64,000 bases of DNA from a virus: IMG/VR virus record IMGVR_UViG_3300002448_000002, positions 1,569 to 65,568 of that record, one strand, 5' to 3'. Made by a program: the position numbers and the translations under genes. Positions 35,076-44,850 of this stretch are shown one piece after another; within the stretch, counting starts at the first letter, position 1, and each line of letters starts with the position of its first letter. The notes below the pieces were generated by a model, which did not search any database, was not told where the DNA came from, and worked only from the letters and a program-made list of their open reading frames with translations.

Positions 35076-35115
35076 TTGGACGATTTCTTCAGGTTTGTCC
35101 CAAGGAGCTTAGCAG

Positions 35116-35421
35116 ATGAAAACACTCGAAGTGCTATGGCCCGACGAGTTCGGCGAAGACGTGGTGACGATCAACGAGTCCGACTTCGATTCGAGCATCC
35201 ACGAGCTGGTCGACGGCGGCGGCAAGGGTTCGGTGGAAGAGGCGGTGTACGCCGAGATTCAGTCCATGTCCGAGGCCGACCCCGACAAGGCGAACGACGA
35301 CTGGTGGAGGAAGGACGGCTACCCGGAGCTCAAGGAACTCCGCAATCGTCTGCCCGACATCTCGGTGACCGACGCGCTGCGCAGCGATCAGTACGAGCGT
35401 TACGAGGCAGGCAACACCTGA
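35116..35421 (+). CDS. Small acidic head-associated protein
   Basis: AAGGAG RBS; WWRKDGYPELKELR motif; post-capsid position. Confidence 0.6.
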   Translation: MKTLEVLWPDEFGEDVVTINESDFDSSIHELVDGGGKGSVEEAVYAEIQSMSEADPDKANDDWWRKDGYPELKELRNRLPDISVTDALRSDQYERYEAGNT

Positions 35422-35747
35422 TGAACACGGAGTCCAAGGACAAGGCCAGCGGGGCAATCGTCTCGCTGGCCGAACGCCAGAACCCGAAGCCGAACGACAA
35501 CGTAGTTCGGCGTTTGGAGCTCATCCTTGAGGAAGCCCGAGCAGGGAAGATTCAGGGATTTGGAATGGTTTGTTGTCAAAGAGGTGCGGTTGATTCTTGT
35601 TACTGGATTGTGGGAAACTTTGATTCCTGGTATAACGTGATAGGCGCTTGCAGGGTGATGTCTCAAGAGTTTGAACGCGAGGCGATGCAAGGTACGGTGT
35701 TTATGGACCCGGACGCCGACAAGCCGGAAAACGAGGAGGATGAGTGA
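35421..35747 (+). CDS. Hypothetical protein
   Basis: TGATG coupling; VRRLE.ILEEARAGKIQG. Confidence 0.55.
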   Translation: MNTESKDKASGAIVSLAERQNPKPNDNVVRRLELILEEARAGKIQGFGMVCCQRGAVDSCYWIVGNFDSWYNVIGACRVMSQEFEREAMQGTVFMDPDADKPENEEDE

Positions 35748-36277
35748 TGCCTTTGGACACCACAGTAGGCGGGCCGCGCTCGAACTCCTACCTCACCGTC
35801 GAAGAGGCGGATGAGTACCACGCGACTCGTTTGCACAATTCGGGGTGGGCGTCGGCCGACGCAGCAGACAAGGAAAAGGCTCTTATCTGGGCCACGCGAA
35901 TGTTGGACAATGGTGTGCGCTTCGTCGGACGCCGCTACGGGTTATACCAAGAACAAGCTCTGCAGTGGCCAAGAAATTCGGCGACGGATCGCGAGGGATT
36001 CTACATAGAGTACAATGTGATTCCCCGGCAGGTGAAGGAGGCCACTGCGGAGCTTGCCTGGCTGCTTCTTGCAAGGGATCGCACCGCAGCCGAGTCAGGT
36101 GACAGCACGCAAGCAATTCGAAGCGTGGCGGTGGGTCCGATTCGGCTGGGCTTCTCTGAGGACAGGGAAAAGGTGCGCGAGACAAGGGAGGAGCCCATCC
36201 CCGCCACTGTGGTGGATCTGTTGCAAGGTCTGGGCACGTTGGTAGGGAAGACGCCTCTTAGGGTGGTACGGACATGA
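35747..36277 (+). CDS. Head-tail adaptor (DnaT-like / gp15-like)
   Basis: NSYLTVEEADEY, KEKALIWAT..LD, QALQWPR, IP.QVKEATAELA. Confidence 0.8.
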   Translation: MPLDTTVGGPRSNSYLTVEEADEYHATRLHNSGWASADAADKEKALIWATRMLDNGVRFVGRRYGLYQEQALQWPRNSATDREGFYIEYNVIPRQVKEATAELAWLLLARDRTAAESGDSTQAIRSVAVGPIRLGFSEDREKVRETREEPIPATVVDLLQGLGTLVGKTPLRVVRT

Positions 36278-36690
36278 GCATCAACCTGCCCGAAGTACAA
36301 GGATTGGTCCAAACGGTCCAAACGTCCGTTGCCTCGGCGTTCGAGCTCCTCGTGGACTTTCAGCAGAGCATCACCATAGAGCGGTATCAGCAGGCTGAGT
36401 CCAAGAACTACAATCCAGCGACTGGAGCTTTGGCGCAGTACGCTCCTGCGCGGGAGGTGGTGGTTGGGTTGGTGCTTGACTACGAGGCCAGCAAGGTGGA
36501 CGAGGAAATCATTCTTCGTACCGACCAGCAGGTTCTCATAGAACGGTCCAAGGTGAACGTGTCGGGTAATGGGGAAATCAGCACGCGGGATCGTTTGCGT
36601 GTAGGGACGTCCCTGCTGAAGATTGTGGATGTGTCCGTGGACCCGGCCGGGGCTCTTTACACCCTGCAAGTTCGAGAAGGTAGCGGCTGA
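36274..36690 (+). CDS. Head closure (gp16-like) protein
   Basis: Y.PATG, D...L, D.L......I..V..DPAGALY.LQVR; synteny. Confidence 0.72.
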   Translation: MSINLPEVQGLVQTVQTSVASAFELLVDFQQSITIERYQQAESKNYNPATGALAQYAPAREVVVGLVLDYEASKVDEEIILRTDQQVLIERSKVNVSGNGEISTRDRLRVGTSLLKIVDVSVDPAGALYTLQVREGSG

Positions 36691-37151
36691 TGCCTGACGA
36701 GCGCGCACTGAGGCGATTCGAGGCCGACCTGGAGGCATTCGCAAACCGACTGGACGTGGGTGTAGGGGTTGTCACTCAACGTGTGGCACTTCAGGTGTTC
36801 ACGGGTGTGGTTCAGAAAACCCCTGTAGACACAGGTCGTGCCAAGTCCAACTGGGGTATCAACGTAGGCGCTCCGTCACCTCCTCCTTCGCACGCCATGA
36901 CAGAGGAGGAATCGAAGAGCCGACGTAAAGCCGGTAACAAGGCGAACGCCGCTTCGGAGGATGCAAAGGCTCTGGCGTACGCTTCTGCTGAGTTGGGTAG
37001 TGTGGACGGCAGCGACGCGGTGCACATAACGAACAACCTCCCGTACATCCAGGCATTGAACGATGGTCACTCGGACCAGGCACCGAAGGGGTTTGTGGAA
37101 GACACCGTCGCAGAAGTAGCACAGGTGATTCAGGAGATCATAACCGAATGA
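36690..37151 (+). CDS. HK97 gp10-like neck/tail-completion protein
   Basis: TPVDTGRAKSNW, HITNNLPYI..LNDGHS.QAP.GFV. Confidence 0.85.
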   Translation: MPDERALRRFEADLEAFANRLDVGVGVVTQRVALQVFTGVVQKTPVDTGRAKSNWGINVGAPSPPPSHAMTEEESKSRRKAGNKANAASEDAKALAYASAELGSVDGSDAVHITNNLPYIQALNDGHSDQAPKGFVEDTVAEVAQVIQEIITE

Positions 37152-38005
37152 GCTTCGAGGCCGAACGTGCTGCTATAGAAGGATGGTTCCACGACCGGTG
37201 GGAACGATTCTTCGCTGCGGACGCTTATTGGGATGGATACCCCTTAGGTGCCCCTACAGTGCGCGCAGACTGTCGCGTGGCGTATGACAACGTTCAGTTC
37301 ACAGCCCCGACGCCCGACCAGGACAACCCGCAAGAAACCGTGTGGGTGCGTCTCACGATACTGCCAGCGGGGGCCTCACAGATTACTCTTGGGGACAACC
37401 CGATACGTCAGCACAACGGGGTGATCTCGGTCCAGATCTTTCATCCCGAAAACGCCAAGGCGAATTGCATTCGGCGCGTGGCGGACATTGTGTCCGCTAT
37501 CCTCGACTTGCAGTCTATTGCACTTACGGATGTGTCTGGGTTTGTACAGTGCCGACGTTCGAATCTGCGAAGGATTGGTCCCGAGAACGGTTGGTACCAA
37601 GTCAACGTGGATACCGTTTATGTACGTCAAAACAGTGCTGGTGTTTCTGGTGCTTTGTCTCTTGCATACGGACTGGTGAATGAGGATCTGGATGACTTTG
37701 TAGTGGGTGCCGGCTCTCCTGTAGGGGTTACATTGGCGTCTCCTGCAAGAATCGTTTTCCCCGTAACTACGGAGGACCATCCCAGGTTCTGGTTTGAGCC
37801 TCCGACTGGATTGGCATTTGGAGCGGTGTACAACATTGCTATAGAACGCACTCTGGGAACATTCGACCACACATGGGTCCCATTCAATCCGAAAGATGAC
37901 ATGGGCGCATTCAACGAAGATAGGGTTGTGTTTCACAGCAAAAGGTACCATGCGGGTGTGGTATACATAGCCGCCATCCATCACCTGTTTGAGATAGAGC
38001 AATGA
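37148..38005 (+). CDS. Tail terminator (gp17-like) with C-terminal extension
   Basis: VAYDN, WVRLTI, G.I.VQIF.P, WYQVNV; about 125 extra residues follow. Confidence 0.72.
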   Translation: MSFEAERAAIEGWFHDRWERFFAADAYWDGYPLGAPTVRADCRVAYDNVQFTAPTPDQDNPQETVWVRLTILPAGASQITLGDNPIRQHNGVISVQIFHPENAKANCIRRVADIVSAILDLQSIALTDVSGFVQCRRSNLRRIGPENGWYQVNVDTVYVRQNSAGVSGALSLAYGLVNEDLDDFVVGAGSPVGVTLASPARIVFPVTTEDHPRFWFEPPTGLAFGAVYNIAIERTLGTFDHTWVPFNPKDDMGAFNEDRVVFHSKRYHAGVVYIAAIHHLFEIEQ

Positions 38006-39144
38006 GCGCACGTCTTTACTACGCGATAGAGACCTCTTTCAGGTCTGGCATAGCGCGCGGGGCCTTGCCTGATACGGGTACGGAGACCGACGACACTCAG
38101 CGTGACTTGGTGCTCAGGGGACGCGCACTTCCTGGAATAACCAACAGTGTAAGGATTGAATATGAGGAGGAGGAATCAGCCGAGGTAGCCACTAGTGCAG
38201 GTCGAGGGCCTCTACAGCCACCTACGAAGATTAACGCCAGGCAGGTTGGTCAGGTATCTTTGGGTCTGAGAAACTTGGGACGTTTGCTGCAGAGTGTTCT
38301 ATGGAGTCAACCGAGTCCTGCAAGTCAAGGTTTGGGTATTCCAGTAGTGGATGCGGTGATTGAGGATGATGGACCTTTCATCCGTAACGGATCACACCGA
38401 AGAAGTCTTCTTTTGGTTAGGCAGGACGACGATGGCAGCCATCCACCTGCAAACACGGCATTGCAAGTTTTCAAGGGGGTGGTAATTGATGACCTGTCTT
38501 TCAGTCATACAACACGTCTCAGCACCGTCGGCGAACTAGGTGTTTGCACGTTTGGTTTCATTTGCACGGACTACGAGGCAGGCAGTGGTCGACGATACCC
38601 GGAGGACTTTTCGTCGGAAGGACTTGAAGATGATCGTCACTTTCACGAATTGAGCGCAGGTGCTGAAGTAGTGCTATCAAACCTTACTAACTTGAGGGTA
38701 GGGAATTACTTGTCAGGAGGGGAGGACAAGCACGTTTTCGTAGATTGCTTCTTTCGCAATTCTGTTCGTCCAAAATACGGACTGGGATCTTTATTCCCAT
38801 TTGATATCGCATTGTCGCAAACCCCGTTTTCTTGTGGAGGTACTCTAGGCATAGTTCTTGACCAAGACACGCAAGGAACCATCCGCGCTTTGCTGTCTGA
38901 TTTTGAGTCCAATGAGAGTCTGGGAGGTTTCCCATTGTCTTTCAATTTGGAACAAACTATATCCCCCAAAGATGGGTACAAATTCACATTCCCGTCCGTG
39001 TCCATTACCAAGGCACGAATGGTGGAACCTCCGGGAGGAGGTTCGGGAGGATCCAACGCTCCCTCTCAGTTGGAGGTGGAATGGTATTCCACTGGCACGG
39101 AAGACGGGGAAGCAATTCTTATTCAAAGATTGCAACAGACCTAA
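38002..39144 (+). CDS. Divergent tail-tube paralog
   Basis: Same motif order as the next gene: YAIET.F.., EES.E, KGVVIDDLSFS, FRNSVRP...LGS, GGTL, YKFTFPSV. Confidence 0.55.
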   Translation: MSARLYYAIETSFRSGIARGALPDTGTETDDTQRDLVLRGRALPGITNSVRIEYEEEESAEVATSAGRGPLQPPTKINARQVGQVSLGLRNLGRLLQSVLWSQPSPASQGLGIPVVDAVIEDDGPFIRNGSHRRSLLLVRQDDDGSHPPANTALQVFKGVVIDDLSFSHTTRLSTVGELGVCTFGFICTDYEAGSGRRYPEDFSSEGLEDDRHFHELSAGAEVVLSNLTNLRVGNYLSGGEDKHVFVDCFFRNSVRPKYGLGSLFPFDIALSQTPFSCGGTLGIVLDQDTQGTIRALLSDFESNESLGGFPLSFNLEQTISPKDGYKFTFPSVSITKARMVEPPGGGSGGSNAPSQLEVEWYSTGTEDGEAILIQRLQQT

Positions 39145-39159
39145 ACGGAGGATGAAGTA

Positions 39160-40347
39160 ATGAGCGAAGCCAACCAAGTTGAAATCTCATACCAGGCAGA
39201 GGCCGCTGGGCAGTTCGGAATCGCCGTACCTGAAAACGCCAAGCGCGAGCTTCGGTACAACTCCGAATCGCTCGTTGCAAACATCAACGACGAAGACAGC
39301 CCGGAGATCAGCTCCGACAGGCAGTTCTTCGACGTGATTCCGCTGGGTTCGTCCTTCGGTGGCGACATCCCCACGTCTCTGTCACATGGGAACCTGGACG
39401 ACCTCCTGCCCAGCGCGTTCTTCAACCCATGGACGGATATCAGCATTTCAGGTGACGCGAATCTAGCTGTCGCCGCAGGTGTGTACACAGACACGGCCTC
39501 TGGGTTTGGCGCACTCAAGGTAGGGGACAGAGTAAGAACGGAAGGGTTTCCTGCCGCTGCAAATGCGAATGGGTGGAAAACAGTCACTGCTGTGGCTGAC
39601 GATGGTTCTACGGTGACACTTTCACCGCCTGGACCTAACACCGCCGCTGGTAATGGCAGGTCGATAAAGTCTTCCAATCTCAAGAACGGAAAGACACGTC
39701 ATTCCTTTTCCATCGAGAAGAAGTTCTCTGCACTCGACCCACTGATTCAGCACAACTACATCGGCTGCTTGGTGCAGGGGATGGCGATGGAGTTCCGAGC
39801 AGGCGCTTCGGTCACGGCGAATCTCACAGTGTCCGCGCAGAAGCATGCACAGGTGAGTGGGCCAAACGCGGCTGTATTCAATCCCATGCGAACGCCGGCT
39901 CCGAAGAACCTCATCTTTTCACCGGCGGACACGAAGGGTTTGCAGGTAGGACCGGCCGATTCGTTGCATGTTCCCGACACCGTGGTGCTTTCGGCGATCA
40001 CCATGAACTTGGGCAACAACCTCCGGTCGCTACAGCAGCTCGGGACGCTGGACATCGGGGACATTCGTCCGGGTCGCTTCAGCGTGGAAGGTTCGTTGGA
40101 AATGTATTTCTCCGACGGTGGCTTGTACGACCGGTTCCTTGCAAGGCAGGAAACGGAAGTGTCGTGGCGTACGGTGGAGCCGAACAGCGACAACATCTAC
40201 TACTTCGACATGCCGCGGGTACGTGTTCGCAACGCGCGTATCGTGGCCGGAGGCGTAGACACGGACCTGACGGCCCAGTTCGACTATCGTGCGCTGGGGC
40301 ATCGTACACGCGGTTATACGTTCATGATGACGAAGAATGCGGCGTAA
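39160..40347 (+). CDS. Major tail tube protein
   Basis: ELRYNSESL, SPEISSDRQ, GGDI, SFSIEKKF, GC.V..M, LGNNL, GRFSVEGSLEMYF.D..LY, YYFDMPRV. Confidence 0.85.
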   Translation: MSEANQVEISYQAEAAGQFGIAVPENAKRELRYNSESLVANINDEDSPEISSDRQFFDVIPLGSSFGGDIPTSLSHGNLDDLLPSAFFNPWTDISISGDANLAVAAGVYTDTASGFGALKVGDRVRTEGFPAAANANGWKTVTAVADDGSTVTLSPPGPNTAAGNGRSIKSSNLKNGKTRHSFSIEKKFSALDPLIQHNYIGCLVQGMAMEFRAGASVTANLTVSAQKHAQVSGPNAAVFNPMRTPAPKNLIFSPADTKGLQVGPADSLHVPDTVVLSAITMNLGNNLRSLQQLGTLDIGDIRPGRFSVEGSLEMYFSDGGLYDRFLARQETEVSWRTVEPNSDNIYYFDMPRVRVRNARIVAGGVDTDLTAQFDYRALGHRTRGYTFMMTKNAA

Positions 40348-40351
40348 GGCA

Positions 40352-40376
40352 GAACGCGCGGCAGGGGAGGGCTGAG
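40352..40376 (+). repeat. Dispersed motif copy GAACGCGCGGCAGGGGAGGGCTGAG
   Basis: Shares 19 bp with 30639-30657 and 18 bp with 11893-11910; followed by a CTGAG/CTCAG mini-hairpin. Confidence 0.85.
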
Positions 40377-40421
40377 CGGTTCTCAGTGGGGTAATTTCAA
40401 CGCGACGAAGGAGGTAGTACG

Positions 40422-40832
40422 ATGGACCTGGCAAAAGAGTTTGGCACGGATTCAGAGAAGGAAATGGAGGGCGTGTGGTGCCGTATTTCTGACGACGCGG
40501 AAGCACTGATCGCTCGTGCGAACAATCGCAATTTCCGCGACTTCAACAAGAACGCGCTCAAGCCGTTCATGCGTCGGGGGCGGCTGTCCATCTCCGACGA
40601 AAAAATGGAGGACGTCACTCGCGAGAACATTGCGAAGACCGTCTTCCTGAAGATTCGCGGCAAGTGGCAGGAGACCGACGACGACGGCCAGTTGGTGGAC
40701 GTCAAGGACAACCCTGCCAATCGTGTTCGTATCCTGAAGACGTATCCGGAGTTGATGGAAACGGTGCTGACGTACGCCAACGACTTCGAGTTGTATCGGG
40801 AGGAACAGATTGCGGACACGGTGGGAAACTAA
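40422..40832 (+). CDS. Tail assembly chaperone (gpG-like)
   Basis: FGTD...E.EGVW, LIARANN..F; AAGGAGG RBS; between the tube and tape measure genes. Confidence 0.8.
   Translation: MDLAKEFGTDSEKEMEGVWCRISDDAEALIARANNRNFRDFNKNALKPFMRRGRLSISDEKMEDVTRENIAKTVFLKIRGKWQETDDDGQLVDVKDNPANRVRILKTYPELMETVLTYANDFELYREEQIADTVGN
40823..40829 (+). other. Programmed -1 frameshift slippery site G GGA AAC
   Basis: X XXY YYZ heptamer in the correct phase immediately before TAA; the -1 frame is open to 41203. Confidence 0.82.
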
Positions 40833-41203
40833 CCGAGCATTTCGAATGGTGGGATTCCTGGGGACCACAATACGAGGCTCTACTGGAAATAGAAAAGGCG
40901 GGATTTAAGGTAAAGGCACTGGAACGACTGCCCGAACTGTCAGATACCGCTAACGAGTTGCTTGCACACTACAGCAATTTGGTACGTAGGTGCCCGCAAC
41001 CGTTTCCGTTTTCAGAGATTGAGGCGTATTGTCGTTTTCAGGGAATCCAGTCATTCGATGATCGGGAAGAGTTTCTCGTGTACCTAGACGCGATATTGGA
41101 AGTGTTAAGTGCTCTGAGAAGAGCCAAGGCGGAAAAGGAGGCAGGGAAAAGTGGCACACCGTCTGGTAACACTACTATCATTCAGCGAAAGGGACTGGGT
41201 TAA
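40823..41203 (+). CDS. Tail assembly chaperone gpT-like extension (fused to gpG by -1 frameshift)
   Basis: -1 frame GKLTEHFEWW...PFSEIEAYCRFQGI...EEFL..LDA ends at the tape measure start. Confidence 0.75.
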   Translation, partial: GKLTEHFEWWDSWGPQYEALLEIEKAGFKVKALERLPELSDTANELLAHYSNLVRRCPQPFPFSEIEAYCRFQGIQSFDDREEFLVYLDAILEVLSALRRAKAEKEAGKSGTPSGNTTIIQRKGLG

Positions 41204-44200
41204 TGGCTAGCCTAGACGTCAGGATAGACCCGACCCAAGCGAGACAGGGTTCCCAGGTAGTCCGACGCGAGCTTCGGAGCATCGGTTCCGAAGCTCGTAC
41301 CACCGGCTCAGCTGTACGTCGGCACATAGGTGGGGACTTCCGCACGGCCTCCGAACAAGCGAAGCGTTCCGTCGCAGGCATCGCCAGTTCCCTTAGGGGT
41401 GTTGGTACGATTCTAGGCGGGTTGGTCGGCTTTACCGGCGTCACATCTTTGGTCAGGGCCTTTGCGTCGGGGCAGGCTGCTGCAACAACGTTCGAAGGAT
41501 CCATCCAGGATCTGTCCGCAATCACCGGGGCGGTAGGAAACGACCTAGAGTTCTTTACAGCAGCCGCCCGAGAGATGGGAGCTACGACCACCTTCTCAGC
41601 GGCGCAGGCAGCAGACGCCTTTACGTTGATCGCGTCTGCCAAGCCGGACCTGCTCAGCAACGCGGACGCTCTGAAGCAGGTGACGCAGGAATCGCTTAGC
41701 CTCGCGGAAGCCGCTGGTATCACGTTGCCCGACGCGGCGAACGTCCTGGGCATTTCGCTCAATCAGTTTGGTTTGGCAGCCGACCAGGCAGGTAGGGTGA
41801 TCAACGTTCTCGCCGCTGGTGCCAAGTTCGGAGCGTCTCAGATAACGGACACGGCGGCCGCGTTGAAGAATGCAGGCGTCACAGCACAAACGGCAGGCGT
41901 ATCGTTCGAAACAATGAACGCTGCGATCCAGGTGCTTGCGTCGGTAGGCTTGAGAGGAGCCGAAGCCGGTACCCCGCTTCGAAATATCCTCCTCAAGTTG
42001 GAGCAGCAGTCGGAGAGCTTCCGACCGAGTGTTGTTGGATTGAGTCAGGCGCTGCAGAACGCCTCTGACGAGTTCACCACCACGTCAACTCGTGCAAAGG
42101 TGTTTGGTTCTGAGAACATCAACGCCTTTAACGCACTGTCGAATGGAATCCCGTTGCTAAGGCAACTGGAGGACAACATAACGGGCACGGGTGTTGCATA
42201 TGAGCAGGCGGCCATTCGCGTTGACGATTTGGAAGGTGATTTGGCGGCACTGAATTCTGCTTGGGAAGACTTGAACATTGCGATTAGGGATACCGAGAGC
42301 TTGCGGAGTACGGTGCAGGGGTTGACTGATTTGTTCCGCTTGCTAGCGGGTCACATTGAGCGGATAAATGAATTGCAGGAGGAAGGCTTTGTACCTGCGA
42401 CACAGTACGACTACTTGAGTCAAGATCTTACGAACTTGGACGCCCGTCTTGGGCAGTTGACCGAACGTTTGCAGGATCTACGGCAAGAGAAAGCAGACAT
42501 AGAGCGGACCTCCGATCAGGATCTCATTTCATTGCAGTCACTGGAGGACCAGATTGTAGCAGTGCGCACCGCTGCTTATGAGGTGGGTCAAGCAAGAGCC
42601 GCTGTACTGCAGGGTCAAGACCAAGACCAACAGCAGATCCTAGACGATCTTAGCCAGGTGCAGGATCGTTTGGTAGACATCACACTTGAGTACTTGAACC
42701 TTGGCAGGCGTAGAGAGGAAGCTCTGGCGTATGACATGTCCGGTCGGCTGTTTCCTTTCGACTACGAAGGTGAGAAGCAGAGGTTGCAGGAAGCGTTAGA
42801 GGAAGCGAAAGCTCTTCGGGAACGCTTGTTTAGTGACTTGGAAAGAAGTACAGCTCCTTCACCTCAAGTTGAGGAGTACACGGATAACCTGGATCGTTTG
42901 AACGCCGAGGTGGGCAGTTTGATTGCGTTGCAGGATCAGTACTCAGTTGCCTTGCGGGAGGGTTCGACGGAGGTTGCTCAGATAGAAGAGCGTATCGTTG
43001 AATTGAGCAACAGCATCACGGATCTGCGGGCGGAACAGTTGCGAGCTACTAATCAGGCAAACTGGGATTCTGTGACAGCACAAGTTGAGAACTACAGGGA
43101 TGCAATAGTACGATTGGCCGACGCGCAACGGGTGGCTGGTCAGGAAGCAAGAGCTACGGAGCAGGCCAACGCCCCTCCAAGCACAGAGCAGTTAGATCCA
43201 TTGGCCCGTTTGCGCGGTCTTAACACGATTCAGTTGTTGCGACGCGCACAGACATTGCTTCGCGAGGTACGCACTCCACAAGAAACGTTGGATTTGGAGC
43301 GGCAGAGAATTGAGTTGTTCCGTGAAAGAGGAATCCTTACGGACGAATTAGCGCAACGAGCACGTGTACTCGCCCAAGAGGAATTTGATGCAGCTACCCA
43401 AGGGGTGCAATCTGGTCGGGAGCTTGTGGACGTCCACAGAGCTTTGGTGGATGCGCTGCTTCCCAGACAGTCCGCTCAGGACCTCTACGCTCAGAGGGTA
43501 GCGGATATAAACTTGCTGGAGCAAAATGCACAGAAGCTGGGGTTGTCCGACATTGACATTATCCGTTTGCGAATTGGTGCCTCGCGTGACCTGTCCGACC
43601 AGCTTGGAGAGCTCGAGCAGGCGCAACGCGAGGTGAATGACGTTACCGCCCAAGTGGTGCAGAGGTACCTTCCGACCGTAGCAGCGCAGCAGAGGTATCA
43701 TCAAGCGTTGCGTGATATTGAAGAAGCAAACTTGGGTGTGGTGGACACCGAGCAGGCGAAGATAAATGCCCTGCGCGAATACGAGCGTGCGATAGGTACG
43801 ACCACATCTTCGCTGGATCGAACGGTGGATGAAACGAAAGACGCCGTGCAAGTAATTCGGGGTGAGTTTGAGACATTGGGTGGGGACGTTGCGGGAGCAT
43901 TGGCGTCTGCCTTCTTGGGCGCCGAGACGCAGTTCGATGGTTTTCTAATTCGTTTGGCACAACGGGCGTTATCCGCGCAGTTGGAAGCGAATGTGATCAA
44001 CCCGATATTGGGATTCGCGAGCACCTTCCTATCGGCGTACACGGGAGGGTTTTCGTACAACTACGCTTCCACTGGAGGTGCGAATCCAGGACTTTCTGGG
44101 GCGTTGCAATCCGGTGGGGCAGCCAGAGCGGGTGGGAGCTACATAGTAGGTGAGGCCGGTCCCGAGCTTTTGACGCAAGGTGCTCGAGGAGGTTTTGTGA

Positions 44201-44409
44201 CACCGTTGTCCCAAGGACGGGGTGGAGGTGTGACGGTAAATATCTACTCGGGTGATGCTCAGGCCGAGGTGGAGGAACGAGAAGGGCAGTCCGGGGAACA
44301 AGTGATAGACGTAACCGTAGGAAGCGCTTTGGGTCGTATGAGTGACAGCGGTGAGCTGGATGCGTTGTTCGGTTCCTATGGCGGTCGGCGTTCTCTAACT
44401 CCGAGGTAG
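41203..44409 (+). CDS. Tape measure protein (TP901-type)
   Basis: MASLDVRID, AAREMGATTTFSAAQAA, LAAGAKFG, heptad/helical repeats, C-terminal GG....G..Y.VGEAGPEL. Confidence 0.92.
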   Translation: MASLDVRIDPTQARQGSQVVRRELRSIGSEARTTGSAVRRHIGGDFRTASEQAKRSVAGIASSLRGVGTILGGLVGFTGVTSLVRAFASGQAAATTFEGSIQDLSAITGAVGNDLEFFTAAAREMGATTTFSAAQAADAFTLIASAKPDLLSNADALKQVTQESLSLAEAAGITLPDAANVLGISLNQFGLAADQAGRVINVLAAGAKFGASQITDTAAALKNAGVTAQTAGVSFETMNAAIQVLASVGLRGAEAGTPLRNILLKLEQQSESFRPSVVGLSQALQNASDEFTTTSTRAKVFGSENINAFNALSNGIPLLRQLEDNITGTGVAYEQAAIRVDDLEGDLAALNSAWEDLNIAIRDTESLRSTVQGLTDLFRLLAGHIERINELQEEGFVPATQYDYLSQDLTNLDARLGQLTERLQDLRQEKADIERTSDQDLISLQSLEDQIVAVRTAAYEVGQARAAVLQGQDQDQQQILDDLSQVQDRLVDITLEYLNLGRRREEALAYDMSGRLFPFDYEGEKQRLQEALEEAKALRERLFSDLERSTAPSPQVEEYTDNLDRLNAEVGSLIALQDQYSVALREGSTEVAQIEERIVELSNSITDLRAEQLRATNQANWDSVTAQVENYRDAIVRLADAQRVAGQEARATEQANAPPSTEQLDPLARLRGLNTIQLLRRAQTLLREVRTPQETLDLERQRIELFRERGILTDELAQRARVLAQEEFDAATQGVQSGRELVDVHRALVDALLPRQSAQDLYAQRVADINLLEQNAQKLGLSDIDIIRLRIGASRDLSDQLGELEQAQREVNDVTAQVVQRYLPTVAAQQRYHQALRDIEEANLGVVDTEQAKINALREYERAIGTTTSSLDRTVDETKDAVQVIRGEFETLGGDVAGALASAFLGAETQFDGFLIRLAQRALSAQLEANVINPILGFASTFLSAYTGGFSYNYASTGGANPGLSGALQSGGAARAGGSYIVGEAGPELLTQGARGGFVTPLSQGRGGGVTVNIYSGDAQAEVEEREGQSGEQVIDVTVGSALGRMSDSGELDALFGSYGGRRSLTPR

Positions 44410-44415
44410 TGGAAG

Positions 44416-44850
44416 ATGCCATCAACAATTTACTGGCCGTCGGAAAATCCTGACAATCCAGGACAGGCGCAGGTGCCAGGTAATCCCGCGCTTGTAGCAC
44501 CTGGTCTGCGACTACCCGCACGCTTTCAACCACGGGGGTTTCGAAGACAGCCGAAACCCACAGCTCTTGTCACGCAGCCGGAAGTAGGTCCGGTTCGTAT
44601 TCGAGGCAGGACCACTCAGCGCATTTACAACATTCGCGGGAACATAGTGCTCACTGAAGCACAGGTGGACGTGTTCGAGAATTTCTACTACAACACCTTG
44701 GCCAGAGGTACGAGGTCATTCAACTGGGTAGATCCTTTAAGACAGCACACCCGAGTGGAGATGATCTTTTACGGTCAGGCGGCTCCTGCAATTAACGCGG
44801 CAGGCCCGATCACCTATTTGGCTGTATTGGAACTGGAGATGTACAGCTGA
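44416..44850 (+). CDS. Distal tail / gpM-like minor tail protein
   Basis: GPVRIRGRTT, F.NFYYNTL..G...F.W.DP. Confidence 0.72.
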   Translation: MPSTIYWPSENPDNPGQAQVPGNPALVAPGLRLPARFQPRGFRRQPKPTALVTQPEVGPVRIRGRTTQRIYNIRGNIVLTEAQVDVFENFYYNTLARGTRSFNWVDPLRQHTRVEMIFYGQAAPAINAAGPITYLAVLELEMYS

